A DNA stretch of 64,000 nucleotides from Squalus acanthias (Eukaryota), in NCBI GenBank assembly GCA_030390025.1, contig CM059432.1, positions 127,598,001 through 127,662,000 of the forward strand, in the 5' to 3' direction. Of the stretch, positions 25,547 through 37,770 are shown one piece after another (positions within the stretch are counted from its first letter, which is position 1; each line of letters begins with the position of its first letter). A program made the translations under genes and the position numbers. The notes below the pieces were generated by a model, which saw only the letters and a program-made list of their open reading frames with translations, was not told where the DNA came from and ran no database searches.

Positions 25547-25999
25547 GAGTAGTGTAATTACCTGACTATAGATTGGAGGGGGTGAGATACTTTTTGGCCC
25601 ACATCCATGTCCATCACTGATCATTTTTAGCAATTCTCAGCTAATGCACTATGAATGCCTCCAATCACTACATGGCACCGCAGCTTGCTGAGCTAAAAGG
25701 AAGTCATGCACTATTGGTTAATCAGTAATGTGACATTGGCTTTGGCGTCAAGAGACCATGAGGTCTCAGGTAAAAGAAAGATGTGTAGAAATAAACAGGA
25801 AGAGGCAGTTTAAAAAATGCTGGTGCTATGGTAAGCAATGCTCAATAGCTGAACATTGTGTACAGTATCAGTTTCATGTTTTATATGATCTTAATTTAAT
25901 GCACTACTTCATGAAAATTGACAAAACTTCCCTTTTTTTGTCCCTCCACACCATGAACCATTTCTAAGCTGAGAGAAGTCACGAATGGTATTCTGTGAC

Positions 26000-27170
26000 T
26001 GTGGCCATAATGCATTACTCCTCCTCATCCTCCTCAAACTCCCTGTAGCTTTTAACACAGTCAATCACACCATCCTCCTCCAACGCCTCTCATCCATTAT
26101 CCACCTTAGTGGGACTACCCTCACTTGGTTCCACTATTACCCATCAGAGCATCTCCAACAATAGCTTCTTTTTCCACCCCGCACCTCAAAAGTTCCGCAA
26201 GCATCGCTACTTGGCCCCCTTCTCATCTTCATCTACATGTTGCCCCTTGGTGACATCATCTGAAGTTACGGGGTCAGCTAACACACACACACTGATGATG
26301 CCTATATCTACCCCTCCACCACCACCTCCCTTGATGCCTCCACTACCTCTATGCTATCAGGCTGCTTGTCCGACATCGAGTCCTGGATAAGATGTAATTC
26401 CCGACTCCATTTCCTCTCCACCACAAAGACTGCCTACATCCATTTCCATAATATCAAGTGTCTCTGCCCCTACCTCAGCCCATTTCTGCTGTAAAGAATG
26501 TAAGTGCCATTTGTATGCAATGTCCAGCTGTTAAGTATTGCTTACCATGGCACTGATGTTTTTAAACTGCCTCTTCCTGTTTATTTCTACACATCTTTCC
26601 TTTACCTGAGATCTCATGGCTCCTGATGCCAAAGCCCTCATTCCTTTGTCACTTCCAGACTTGATTACTCAAATGCTCTTCTAGCCTGCCTCCTATCTGC
26701 CACCCTCCAGAAACTTCAGCTCATCCAAAACTCTGCTGCCCATATCCTACCCTGTACCAGTCCCACTCGCCCATTACCCAGGTCCTACAAAGGCTCCCGG
26801 TCCCCCAATGCCTCAAATGTAAAATGGCCTCACCTCTCACTACCTCTGTAACCTCCTCCAGCCCTACCATTCCTCCACCCCTCCCCCCCCCCAACTCTCT
26901 GTTCCACTGCTTCCAGCCTCTTGTACAACCCCTACTATGTTCCTCCAACCATTGGTTGCCATGCTTTCAGCTATCTAGGCCCCTCACTCTGGAATCCCCT
27001 CCCTAAACCCCTTTGCATCTCCACCCCTCTCTTATTTTAAGATCATCCTTAAAACCCACTTCTTTGACCAATCTTTCCTACTTTGGCACCGCATCCATTT
27101 TTTGTGCATCTGTGAAGCACTTTTGGATGTTTTCTACCTTAAATGCATGATATAAATGCAAGATGTTGTT
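26000..27170 (+). mobile_element. Old L2 LINE fragment
   Basis: Degenerate RT and L2 3' tail (gtgaagcac...tataaatgcaag). Confidence 0.65.
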
Positions 27171-28395
27171 GAAGAGTTGACCCCATTCCCTGACAATGCC
27201 ACTATTGAACTCTATGCCAGAAGCTATGCCAGAATGACCTGAGATGGCTCACCTGATTATTTTCCTATTCTCTTTATTTTTTTTCTTAAGATGTGGATGC
27301 CACTGGCAAGGCCAGAATTTATTACCCATCCCTAGTTGCTCTGAGAAGGTGGCAACGGTTTGATATGGCTGAGCTGGTTGCTAGGCCACTTCAGAGCCCA
27401 GTTAAGTGTCAACCACTTACTTATATCACAAAACACTTTTAAAAATGTTTCTAGGTCCAATTTTTTGAACTATTATTTTGGCTTTTTTGAATAAAATTAT
27501 AGCACTCTGATTTCCCTGCAATTAGTTCAGAGAGTAACAGCAACATAATTAGGTTAACCATGATATTATAGGTTCAATAGAACAGTTAGAAAGGAGGGGG
27601 AACGGTCCAAGATAAAGATACTTGACTGCAAAAGAAGCAAATTTCAATGAAATAAAAAAGGAACCAATCCAAATAAATTGGAAAGAAAAATTGAAGATGA
27701 GATCATGAAGAAACAATGGAAAACTTTTAAACAGGAGACGATTAGGGTACAAACTAGACTTGTTCTCACAGGAAGTAAAGGTGGTGCAGTAAAAGCTAGA
27801 ATGCCTTGTGTCGAAGTTTCGACTTCCGAGTAAGACTCTTTAAACAATATCGTCAAAGAAGGCTTTATTATTTACTTTACTTGCAAGGAGAATGCAACTA
27901 TAGCCAAATAGCTACGATGACAGACTGAAGAATCACAGAAAATGGAAGATCTTATACACTGAAAACACAAGCTTCCCATATCACATGACATGTTGTTTAA
28001 GGTAAGCTAAGTTACGAATTAAAAAAACATAAGAAATGCCTTACAATGAGACTGGCTAATCTCTACAAAATGGAGTCTGTTTGTCTGTTCTTCTCCCACC
28101 AAGGCCAAGGCACCTGGCTGTTTACTTCACTAGCCCTTGGTTATCTCAATTTAATTAGAAGAAGCCTGTTGTTTCTCTGTGCTGGCAGACTTTGCTGACA
28201 GCATAGTCTGAAAGTTTAAATTCACTTTCATGAGAAACATAGCAACGGATTCTTGCTTTCCAAACAAGTCAGAGTCGGCCATTTTATATCATTCTTTGTT
28301 CAAGGAAGCCATTTTGTCTGAGACAAAAACTGCACTTCCACATTCCCCCCTTTTTTGTCCTTCTAGGACAAAATAGCTCAATTTTGTGTCCAAGA

Positions 28396-28956
28396 TTAAA
28401 AATACAAGAAACGGGGGTGTTCAAGTATGATTATAATTGGTGGTTGCCACATGACTGTTTGATTACAGGAACTCTCTCTGACTTTCTTTTCATCCTGCAT
28501 CCTGCTTACTGCAGCCTGCTTTTTAAAACATAATGCCCCTTGTGGTCTACCGACTCCTGAGGTATTAGTTAATACAAGAAACGGGGGTGTTCGAGTATGA
28601 TTATAATTGGGCTGATACCACCCCTGAAAGGTGGTTAGGTTATACCCTGCTGATCTCCACTGTTCTACATCTGAGGTCTTATCCGGGTCCCTTGAACTGT
28701 TTCTTCTTATTACCCATTCTGCTGTTTCGGAAGTATTAAAGGGAATTGATCTGAGGGGGATCCCTCCCGTGGTGTGAATAGGTATATGGGCACAGACCCA
28801 ACAACTGGATCTACCACTAATTTTAGCATGCTCGTAAGACATGTACAAGAAAGTGTTAATGTGCAATTCTCGTTTCTTCCGGGATCCTTCCCCACCTCTT
28901 TGGCACGTCATGCGTATCAGTCCGATTAATATGCAAAATATAAGTAACAGCTTCAT
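28396..28956 (-). CDS. Intact truncated gamma-type Env surface-unit ORF, 186 aa, signal peptide, no TM
   Basis: MKLLLIFCILIGLI signal; RKKR; CWVC (CxxC) motif followed by P...GGIPL; several N-x-S/T sites. Confidence 0.75.
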   Translation of the reverse strand: MKLLLIFCILIGLIRMTCQRGGEGSRKKRELHINTFLYMSYEHAKISGRSSCWVCAHIPIHTTGGIPLRSIPFNTSETAEWVIRRNSSRDPDKTSDVEQWRSAGYNLTTFQGWYQPNYNHTRTPPFLVLTNTSGVGRPQGALCFKKQAAVSRMQDEKKVRESSCNQTVMWQPPIIIILEHPRFLYF

Positions 28957-29489
28957 TGTGTAAGTCCTTCAAAATTTAATTTTTCGACTCCATTTTTTTC
29001 CTATTGTCCCCCACCCTGTGTTGTTTTGCATTTTATGATTCCCTTATCACTTCTATTTGTCTTTTGATGCTTGATATTCGACCTTGCTGGCATTTCTGCT
29101 ATCTGTTCCTGGCTGCATGTTGTCAGTTTCTGTTCTAAGAATTAAAACCCATCTTTGAATCTAACAGCTATTTCTTACAATTCCCTTCTTTGAGAAGGAA
29201 ATATCCTTATTGACTTCTCACAATTGGCTCTTAACTGCTCTAGCTAGTTCTTATTGCTCTCTCTCAACTTGGGCGTTAGTTAGTAGGGAGTCTTGAAGAT
29301 TTCTCCCTTCTAATAGTCCATTCCGGTGTTCCAATTGTGCCCCGCCTGGGGTATCCTCTGTTTCTTCTATCTTTCCTGATGTTACCCCGCCTGGGGTCTC
29401 CTCTACATTGCTTTGGATCTTCTCTTTCGGTGTGCTCAATTAATTTGTTGGTGCTGGTTAGTCATAGGCATGAGTACCCAATTGGCTTA

Positions 29490-30600
29490 TGTATCAAAGT
29501 CTTACTCCACACGTTACATATATCAAATACACTATCATTACAAGTTGGAGACCTACCAGAGCGTGTGAAATATTACAAATCTAAGTGTGTGCTGATATAT
29601 TAAGCCCAATTATCCCACCAGTGTGAGTTGTCCCCTATGCTGTCAATTTCAATATCTATTCTCGAGTTGTCTTCCTTCAGAACATAAAAATGCTTTAGGG
29701 AGGAGTTCAGTCGCATCATGAGCTCACTGATAACCTTAGACAACAGGGGAATGTCATATCCGAATTGTGCCACATAATTGTGCAGCTCATACTTAAGTAC
29801 CTCATTTACTGTCAGTTTCACTTGAGCATAGGTTTCGATATTATGTAAAATGTGTTGGTTAATGGGACAGGTCCTGTTAGACCCGTAAAGCATGGTAGTT
29901 GCGGTAGTAGTGACACAGGAGGCACCACCAAAACCACCTCATACTGGATTCGCACTGGTTTTTCCCACGCTCTGTTACCTACAAAACACAATTATTACAG
30001 TCACAGTTAAATTCAGTCTTACAATCATTTCAAGCAACATTACAGTTTAACATCTAATCAACAAATCATGGACTTAAAAGATTCTCCAGACTGCTCTTTG
30101 ACTTGTATCCATATTGTGGATAGTTCTTACTAAACATGATTTCTCCTTAGCCCTCAATTGTCCCAATCCAGATTCCAGGTAACTCTCCACTTCAACTTCA
30201 AATTCAATCCCTCTAACAGGTACCAGTGTATTTAACTCTATTCTGATTATTTCATTAATTAGATAGTTTCTCGATGGAGTATGTGTCAATGCTTTAAAGG
30301 TTGTCTCGCTCTCCTGAGCCACATTAACCATTTCATGTCTTGCTGTTGTCAAGTAACTGAGCATGTCTGAGACCCGTTCTTCAGTGCAGATTCACCATAC
30401 ATTCCCAGATGGTAATTGCTTCATACGTAACAAATCACATTTGCACACTCATTATCCCACCAGTGTGCCACATGTGCCTTTCTCGGGCTTTCAGGTATCT
30501 TATCAAAAGATTGTCTTTGTTCATCTTCCTCTGCATGGTCCCGATGTCTTGGATAGTGGCCAAGCTATCAAATTCAGTTTTCTTAAAAGTTCATTATAGG
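29490..30600 (-). pseudogene. Decayed envelope-like gene 1 (heptad, WWDNW, then TM)
   Basis: Fragments CVTTTATT..YG..CPI, heptad LMMRLNSSLKHFYVL..IDSI, WWDNW, then frameshifted ISHALVGLQLVMIVYLIYV TM. Confidence 0.6.
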
Positions 30601-31819
30601 CAGGGACACAAATGTCTCCAAGAGAAAGCTATCAATTTATTATTCTTAGCTACACTTTCCTGACTTTCACCAGAAAGTTTTTAAAATTCCCATTCAGCAG
30701 TGTAATTATCCTGTTTCAATCTTACACCTTCAATCACTTCCTCTCTCCATTTTACACATCCCATTAATTACTATTCATATCTCATTCATGAGCCCTGGAG
30801 TAACTTTACTGTCCAGTACAATATTTAAGATTGAAAACATAGATCAAACATTCTCACTAGGTCCAAGTTATTAACACTTTTTATTTATCATTATTTTAGA
30901 GGATCTTTCATTTTCCCAAAAGTAACCCAATATATAGTGCCTGAGTCCATTTTGTTATTACAAAATTATCCCAAAATCCAAACAGCAGTATTATTGAACT
31001 GACAGGTTTTGTCAATGTTCAATTTCATTTCTATCAATTTATCCTCCATTTCCCATTTCAGAAACAAGTGATTCCCAGGCTAGGTGGCTTATACAGTGTT
31101 TTAACATTAGAGACAGAAGTGCTGCAATTAGTTTACAAGGTAACTTCCATATAACAAAAGAAAGGAGAGAACCCATTGTGACTCTGGTTAGAGCCCAAGG
31201 GGTTAATTTATCAAATCATAATTTTCCTTCTGGGAAATGTTAAATTAAAATTAAGAAACTTAAATTTAATAATGTCCAATATCTTTAAATTTCATACTAA
31301 AGTTGTTGCTCAGTGAACTTAAACAGCTGTCAGTGGAAAGGGTTAACTCCTTTGCAGGTCTTTAAGAAGGTGGAGCGAAACATTGTCAGGCGCACGCAAT
31401 TGCGTCACTTTACGTAAATTTAAAAAAAAACTTTCCCGATCGAAAAAGACAGTTGTGTTTTCACACTTTAACTAAACACGAGCAGAACAGATAAAACAAA
31501 ACAAAATAGCACATGCTTGCAGAACCAGTAAATTACATCATATTTCTTATTGTCCTTTCTTCAGATGTCTTTCCAAAATACTGTAAAAACATTGAATATA
31601 ACTGGAGAAAAATTAGTTTTTCACATTTAAGCAAATCAAATCAAACTGCTTTGGAAGATTTCACCATAGCAACCACGACTCCAAGGTTAAATGTTAGACT
31701 GAAACTTAATCTTTTGTTAAACAAACTTTTTTGTTGCTCTTCTCAGTTTTTACACACCAGCTTAACTTGAAATTGTAGTTCAAAGTTTTTTTTTCCAATT
31801 CTTGGGGCACAATGCTTTC

Positions 31820-31940
31820 CCTGCAAAGTCTGATATAAAATTCCTGTCTATCCCTGACAGTAAAGGCGAATTTCCCTTGTGATTCCTCTGCCAATGGTAT
31901 GGACCAGAACCCGTTCTGTATCCAAGACTGTAAATATTTT
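31820..31940 (-). pseudogene. ERV RT remnant (TVLDIQNGFWSIPLAEESQGKFAFTV)
   Basis: Retroviral RT LD..GFW.IPL...KFAFT motif; the rest of pol is not recognisable. Confidence 0.75.
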
Positions 31941-32638
31941 AAAATCTGGTTTCAGACCATTAAATATCTTATTCAATGTGGTCTACACAAATTTACACCA
32001 ACCAGAATTTCACCGTGCACAATGAAAGTCTGGTTTTAATAGGTTAATTAACCTCAATAATTCCAATTCAATCCAGATCAATTAAAAAAAAACTAACCAG
32101 TGTCAGTTAGAAAAGAAAGAAACCATAGCCACATTAACAAAGAAACAATTACCCATGCCTTGTAAACATTCAAATTAATTTTCTTTCCAGGTACATTGGC
32201 AACTGTGACTTCAAGGCTGAAGCTTATACCTCTTTTGTAAAACAATTAACAAACTTAAACCAACAACACTTGATTATCATTCAAGACAAGTCTTCAAAGA
32301 GTTAAACAGCTTTTAGCTCTCTGTACAAAAGAGTGGGTGGAGCTAAAACATAAACAAAATGACAGACACCTTTTTTTTTAGGCAGATTTTTTTTCAGACA
32401 AAATAATACTGTAACTTAACAAACTTAAACATTCACAGTCAGAAATCTTTTACGCTTTTCACACACACTTTCACACAACTGAGATCTCAGTATTCCCTTT
32501 AAGATTCCTTTCACTCAACAAATCTTGTATATTAGCTTTTATCTCAGCACAGACATTAATAACTTCCATGCCGATAAAACTTTTCTCAGCAGCTTTTCCT
32601 GGTTTTCCAAATCCCTTTTTTTTGCTGAGTTTCAGATT

Positions 32639-33260
32639 TCAATTCTGGTCCGTCGGTGTTGCGGAAGCTGCTTGCTCCATTAAGAGGGAAACTTTATTCT
32701 TTTGGTCCCTATTTCTCTCCTGAATTCCTTTCAGAATTTGTGTCAATTCAGGAGTTGTTTTATGTCTCCAATCTAGGCAGACTAAAGTCAGTGGTTCTTT
32801 AAGTTCTGTTCTGAGACCATTTACGAGGGCATTGATTAAAGGAATCTGGTAATTTTCTTTGGTCATTCCAGAATGCTGCCCCATAATTGCTTCTATTCTT
32901 AGTCATTTGTCTAACTTCATCTTGTTTAGCCAATTTACTCACGGGGTCTTTTCTCTTATTCCAGAATGCTAGATCTACTGGCTTGTATACTACGCCTTTC
33001 TGCTTCCTTTTTCCAGTCTGAAAAGGCTGACCAATTTACTGACTTTTTACCTTTTCTTTGTGGGTCTCTATTTGCGAGACAGTCCTCTAGACATGTAATT
33101 CTGTCTAGGTTAAAAGTTCCATCAATAGGGAACGGGTGTTTGTCATTCTTGGTCCATTTAGACCAATCAGACAAATCCCTTATGGATGTCCGACCACAGT
33201 TCTGGAAGATGTAAAAAGCTGGAGTTCCTTTTTCTGGGTCTTACTCTGTGAAGCTCCCAT
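32639..33260 (-). pseudogene. ERV gag remnants (MGASQS start, matrix FPIDGTF, capsid fragment)
   Basis: Myristoylation-type start; gamma/epsilon-like matrix motif; frameshifts and deletions. Confidence 0.7.
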
Positions 33261-33956
33261 CTTAGTAAAGTTTTAATTATACTAGGCACTCTTCTTCTAA
33301 ATTGCAAGTTTCACCCTTTACCCCCTTATGATTGTTTCTGACCATCCAAAGTTCTACAAGACAATAACAAGAACTAACAACAATCAAGACAATTATAAGT
33401 AAGATGTAAAAGCCCAAACAGGCAAACAAATCAAGTAATCAAATATTTAACCTTATACTTTAAACTAAACAAATAGTCAATTCTCAGTTTTGCATTGTTC
33501 TCCACTACAAACTGAGTCCTTAACATTTAACTTATACTCTATACTCTGCCGCAAGATTCTTTTTTTTTCTTCTTTCACGGCTCAAGGGGCCCACCCTTGA
33601 TACTGCAGTTTTAATCTTTTAGCGCTTTCTCATAACCTGGTACCTTTTGTCAGTCCGGGATACAACCCTGTTGACTTTTTCCCTTGCCTCCTTTGCCCGA
33701 TAGTTTTGAGAGTATCGTCAGTATCCTCCTCCCCTTTTTTTTTAACGTTAAAAATCAAAAGTTACAAGATTCAACTCAAATCTAAAACACGAGTCTTAAC
33801 AATCGCAGTGCTCCTGTCGGAAGAAACAGACCACACCAATTCAGTATCTAATGAGAAATCCTTTTTTTGTGATAAAACATCACTGTGGCCATTCAGGATT
33901 TGTCACTAGAAATTCATGGTGTCTTTTGTCCGTGACTTACCGAAAGGTAGCAAGCG

Positions 33957-33974
33957 ATCTCGGTGGAACCTCCA
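33957..33974 (-). promoter_or_regulatory. ERV primer-binding site, tRNA-Gln; splice donor CG|GTAAGT follows at ~33940
   Basis: TGGAGGTTCCACCGAGAT, complementary to the vertebrate tRNA-Gln 3' end, 8 nt from the 5' LTR. Confidence 0.85.
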
Positions 33975-35414
33975 AGAAATACTGTCGAAGTTTCGACTTC
34001 CGAGTAAGACTCTTTAAACAATATCGTCAAAGAAGGCTTTATTATTTACTTTACTTGCAAGGAGAATGCAACCATAGCCAAATAGCTACGATGACAGACT
34101 GAAGAATCACAGAAAATGGAAGATCTTATACACTGAAAACACAAGCTTCCCATATCATATGACATGTTGTTTAAGGTAAGCTAAGTTACGAATTAAAAAA
34201 ACATAAGAAATGCCTTACAATGAGACTAGCTAATCTCTACAAAATGGAGTCTGTTTGTCTGTTCTTCTCCCACCAAGGCCAAGGCACCTGGCTGTTTACT
34301 TCACTAGCCCTTGGTTATCTCAATTTAATTAGAAGAAGCCTGTTGTTTCTCTGTGCTGGCAGACTTTGCTGACAGCATAGTCTGAAAGTTTAAATTCATT
34401 TTCATGAGAAACATAACAACGGATTCTTGCTTTCCAAACAAGTCAGAGTCGGCCATTTTATATCATTCTTTGTTCAAGGAAGCCATTTTGTCCGAGACAA
34501 AACTGCACTTCCACACTTGGATTAGTGGAGAGGATTAAAATGCGACTTAAGAAGAGCCACGTGACAAATCTAGGGCTAATAATACAAAAAAATTAAGCCG
34601 GGTATAGCAAAAATAGAGGGAAGCAAAAAAGATTAGAAAAGGAAATAGTGAAAGGATTTTATTGACACAAAAAAGTAAAAGAATATTGAAAAAAGGGTAA
34701 GGCTGATTAGAGATGTAAAACGAAATCTCATGGATGATGAAGGAATAGTGGAGATGCTAAATGAGTGCTTTCCCTTGGTTTGAAAAAAGAGTTTCACAGT
34801 GGGAATGAAAGAGTACTAGAGGAGGAAGTGGAGCAGCATAACTATAGATAAGAAAGTTCCACTGAAAAGGCTGGTGGAACTCAAATTGGAAAAGGCACCA
34901 GTCTCTGATGGAATGCTGAGGGAAGTCAGAGGGGAAATAGCAGAGGCGCTAACCACAATCTTTCAAACACCCTTGGATCTAGAAGTTGTGTCAGAGGACT
35001 GGAGGTTTATTAATGTAACACCTCTGTTCAAAAAAGGAAAAAGTGATATGTGGGGTAACCACAGACCAATTAGCTTAACATCAGTTGTGGGTTACCTTAC
35101 AACAACTTGCCGTTATGTAGCACCTTTAATGTGGAAAAATGTCCCAAGATGCTTCACAGAGGCGTAAATCAGAGGAAAATGTAAGTTGTTGTACATTACC
35201 TTCGTTCCATGTTTCATGATAGATGCAATCGCCTGGGTGATTATGATAGGCAAGAGTACAAAATAGGGTATGTGAATGAGGAGATTTAGCTGAAGAATAT
35301 GGTGTAATGATCAGCATGCATAATACATCTGAGCTGTTCTCAATAGAACCGTGTCTTGTAACCTTTAATTCACTACACTGCTATTCAAAGTCTGCTTTGT
35401 ACATTTCTGTACAG

Positions 35415-35585
35415 ATTCTTTGAGATGACTGCACATTTCCCATTGGATACTGAGCTTACAGTGTCAGTTATAGACCATGATCAGCTCACCAGTGACGACT
35501 TGATCGGAAAGGCCAAGATTGACCTGGAAAATCAATATTACTCCAAACACTATGCAACATGTGGCCTGCAGCAGCTGTACAACAT
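35415..35585 (+). pseudogene. FER1L4: Ferlin exon D (FFEMTAHFPLDTELTVSVIDHDQLTSDDLIGKAKIDLENQYYSKHYATCGLQQLYN), end of C2E
   Basis: tacag acceptor, gttagt donor, open, phase 2-2. Confidence 0.92.
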
Positions 35586-36379
35586 GTTAGTATGCCGACT
35601 GTCTCTGTTGGGTTTTGTGCTCCGAGTCTTATTAGGGTTGTGATAGTGATTCAAATTCATAAAGATTATTTTACTGTTACTGATATCACCCACATTACTG
35701 TGGAAAATAAGCTTTTTATCCAATAATAAAATGCATCTAATTGCTAAGCCCTCACTTTCCTTAGTCCATGCATGACTACCTCAATTATGTATACTCCCAC
35801 CCATCCACCCAAAGCCTCTACGCTCTCTTCCAATCTCTCATATGAATTCTATAGATCTGCTAATATCTCTGTAACTCTCAATCGCCTTTCTCAATAGATA
35901 TTGATGCAGTTCCCTTTGCACAAATTAGCAGACCTAGAATGGATTATTTTTCCTGGTGGTCTGTCTCTGCCTTTCTTTTTTATCTCCCTCTGTCCACAGC
36001 CTAAAAGAACCAAGCACTTCCCAACACACGGGTTGTGAGGTATTTATTAAATCACCAGACAGACAAATTAATTGCTTATTATTCACGGTCTATAGGGAAA
36101 CAACATCAAAGCTTAGGTCATTAGTATTTTAATCACCTATAATCTCAGTGTCTTGTTTTTAACATGTGAATACACTTTGATTTAAAAACTCACCATTTAA
36201 AAGTAACTCTTTTTCCAAATCCTTTCCATGGAAAAATAGTCAAGAAGTCCTAAAAAGTGACTACACTATGCAGGAACAATTTTGAAAAGCTGATTCTGTC
36301 AGTCTCACCCACTGTAAATTACCCCTTCATTACTGACTAGATAAATCCACTACGAACAGTTATGAAGAAATTCGCACTT

Positions 36380-37770
36380 AAAGAAGGGGAGAGAGATAAA
36401 CCTGGCAACTACAGGCCAGTCAGCCTAACGTTGGTGGTGGGAATACTTTTAGAGACAATAAATTAATTGACACTTGGAAAAATATGGATTAATAAATGAA
36501 AGCCAGCACGGATTTGTTCAAGGCAAATCGTGTTTGACTAATTTGATTGAGTTTTTTGATGAAGTAACAGAGAGGGTTGATGAGGGTAATGCGGTCGATG
36601 TTGTGTATATGGAATTTCAAAAGGCGTTTGATAAAGTACCACATAATAGACTTGTTAGCAAATTTGAAGCCCATGGAATTAAAGGAGCAGTGGCTGCATG
36701 GATACGTAATTGGCTAAGGGAGAGAAAGCAGAGAGTAGCGGTGAATGGTTGTTTTTCAGACTGGAGGGGAGTATACAGTGTTGTTCCCCCAGGGGTTGGT
36801 ATTAGGATCACTGCTCTTTTTGATATATAGTAATGACCTGGACTTGGGTATACAGGGCATAATTTCAAAATTTGCAGATGGCACAGAACTCGGAAATGTA
36901 GTAAACAATGAGGAGGATAGTAACAGACTTCAGGAGGACATAGACAGACTGGTGAAATGGGCAGACACATGACAGATGAAATTTAACGCGTAGAAGTGTG
37001 AAGTGATTCATTTTGGTAGGAAGAATGCGGAGAGCAATATAAACTAAATGGTATAATTTTAAAGCGGGTGCAGGAACAGAGAGACCTGGGGGTGTACATA
37101 CACAAATCTTTAAAGGTCGCATAACAATTTGTGAAGACAGTTAAAAAGGCATAAAGGATCTTTGGCTTTATACATAGAGGCACAGAGTATAAAAGCAAGG
37201 AAGTTGGGCTAAACCTTTATAAAACACTGGTTCGGTCCCAGCTGGAGCATTGTGGTCAATTCTGGGCACCACACTTTAGGAATGATGTCAAGGCCTTAGA
37301 GAGGGTGCAGAGGAGATTTACTAGAATGGTTCCAGGGATGAAAGACTTCAGTTGCGTGGGAAGACTAGAGAAACTGTGGGATTGTTCTCCTTAGAGCAGA
37401 GAAGGCTAAGGGGAAATTTGATCGATGTTCTAAATCATGAATGGTTTTTATAGAGTAAATAAGGAGTGGCAGAAGGGTCGGTAACCAGAGGACACAGATT
37501 TATGGTAACTGGCAAAAGAACCAACGGTGACGTGAGGAAAAAAAATGTATGCGGCAAATGATTGTGATCTGGAATGCACAGCCTGAAAGGGTGGTGGAAG
37601 CAGATTCAATAGTAACTTTCAAAAAGGATAAATATTCGACGGGGGAAAATTTGCAGGGCTATGATGAAAGAGCAGGGGAGTGGGACTAATTGGATGGCTC
37701 TTTCAAAGAGCCGGCACGGGCACGATGGGCCGAATGGCCTCCCTCTGTATTGGATTGTTCGATGATTCTA
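36380..37770 (+). mobile_element. CR1 LINE 3' half, degenerate
   Basis: QHGF..KSCLTNLIEFF, FADG, 3'UTR. Confidence 0.85.

Larger units (their letters stand above)
27809..34515 (-). mobile_element. Endogenous retrovirus, non-autonomous, two LTRs, inserted in a CR1 fragment
   Basis: LTRs 27809-28342 and 33983-34515 (about 6 substitutions plus 1 indel by eye); TG..CA ends; TSD CTTG; PBS; PPT at 28343-28357; gag, RT and env remnants. Confidence 0.93.
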
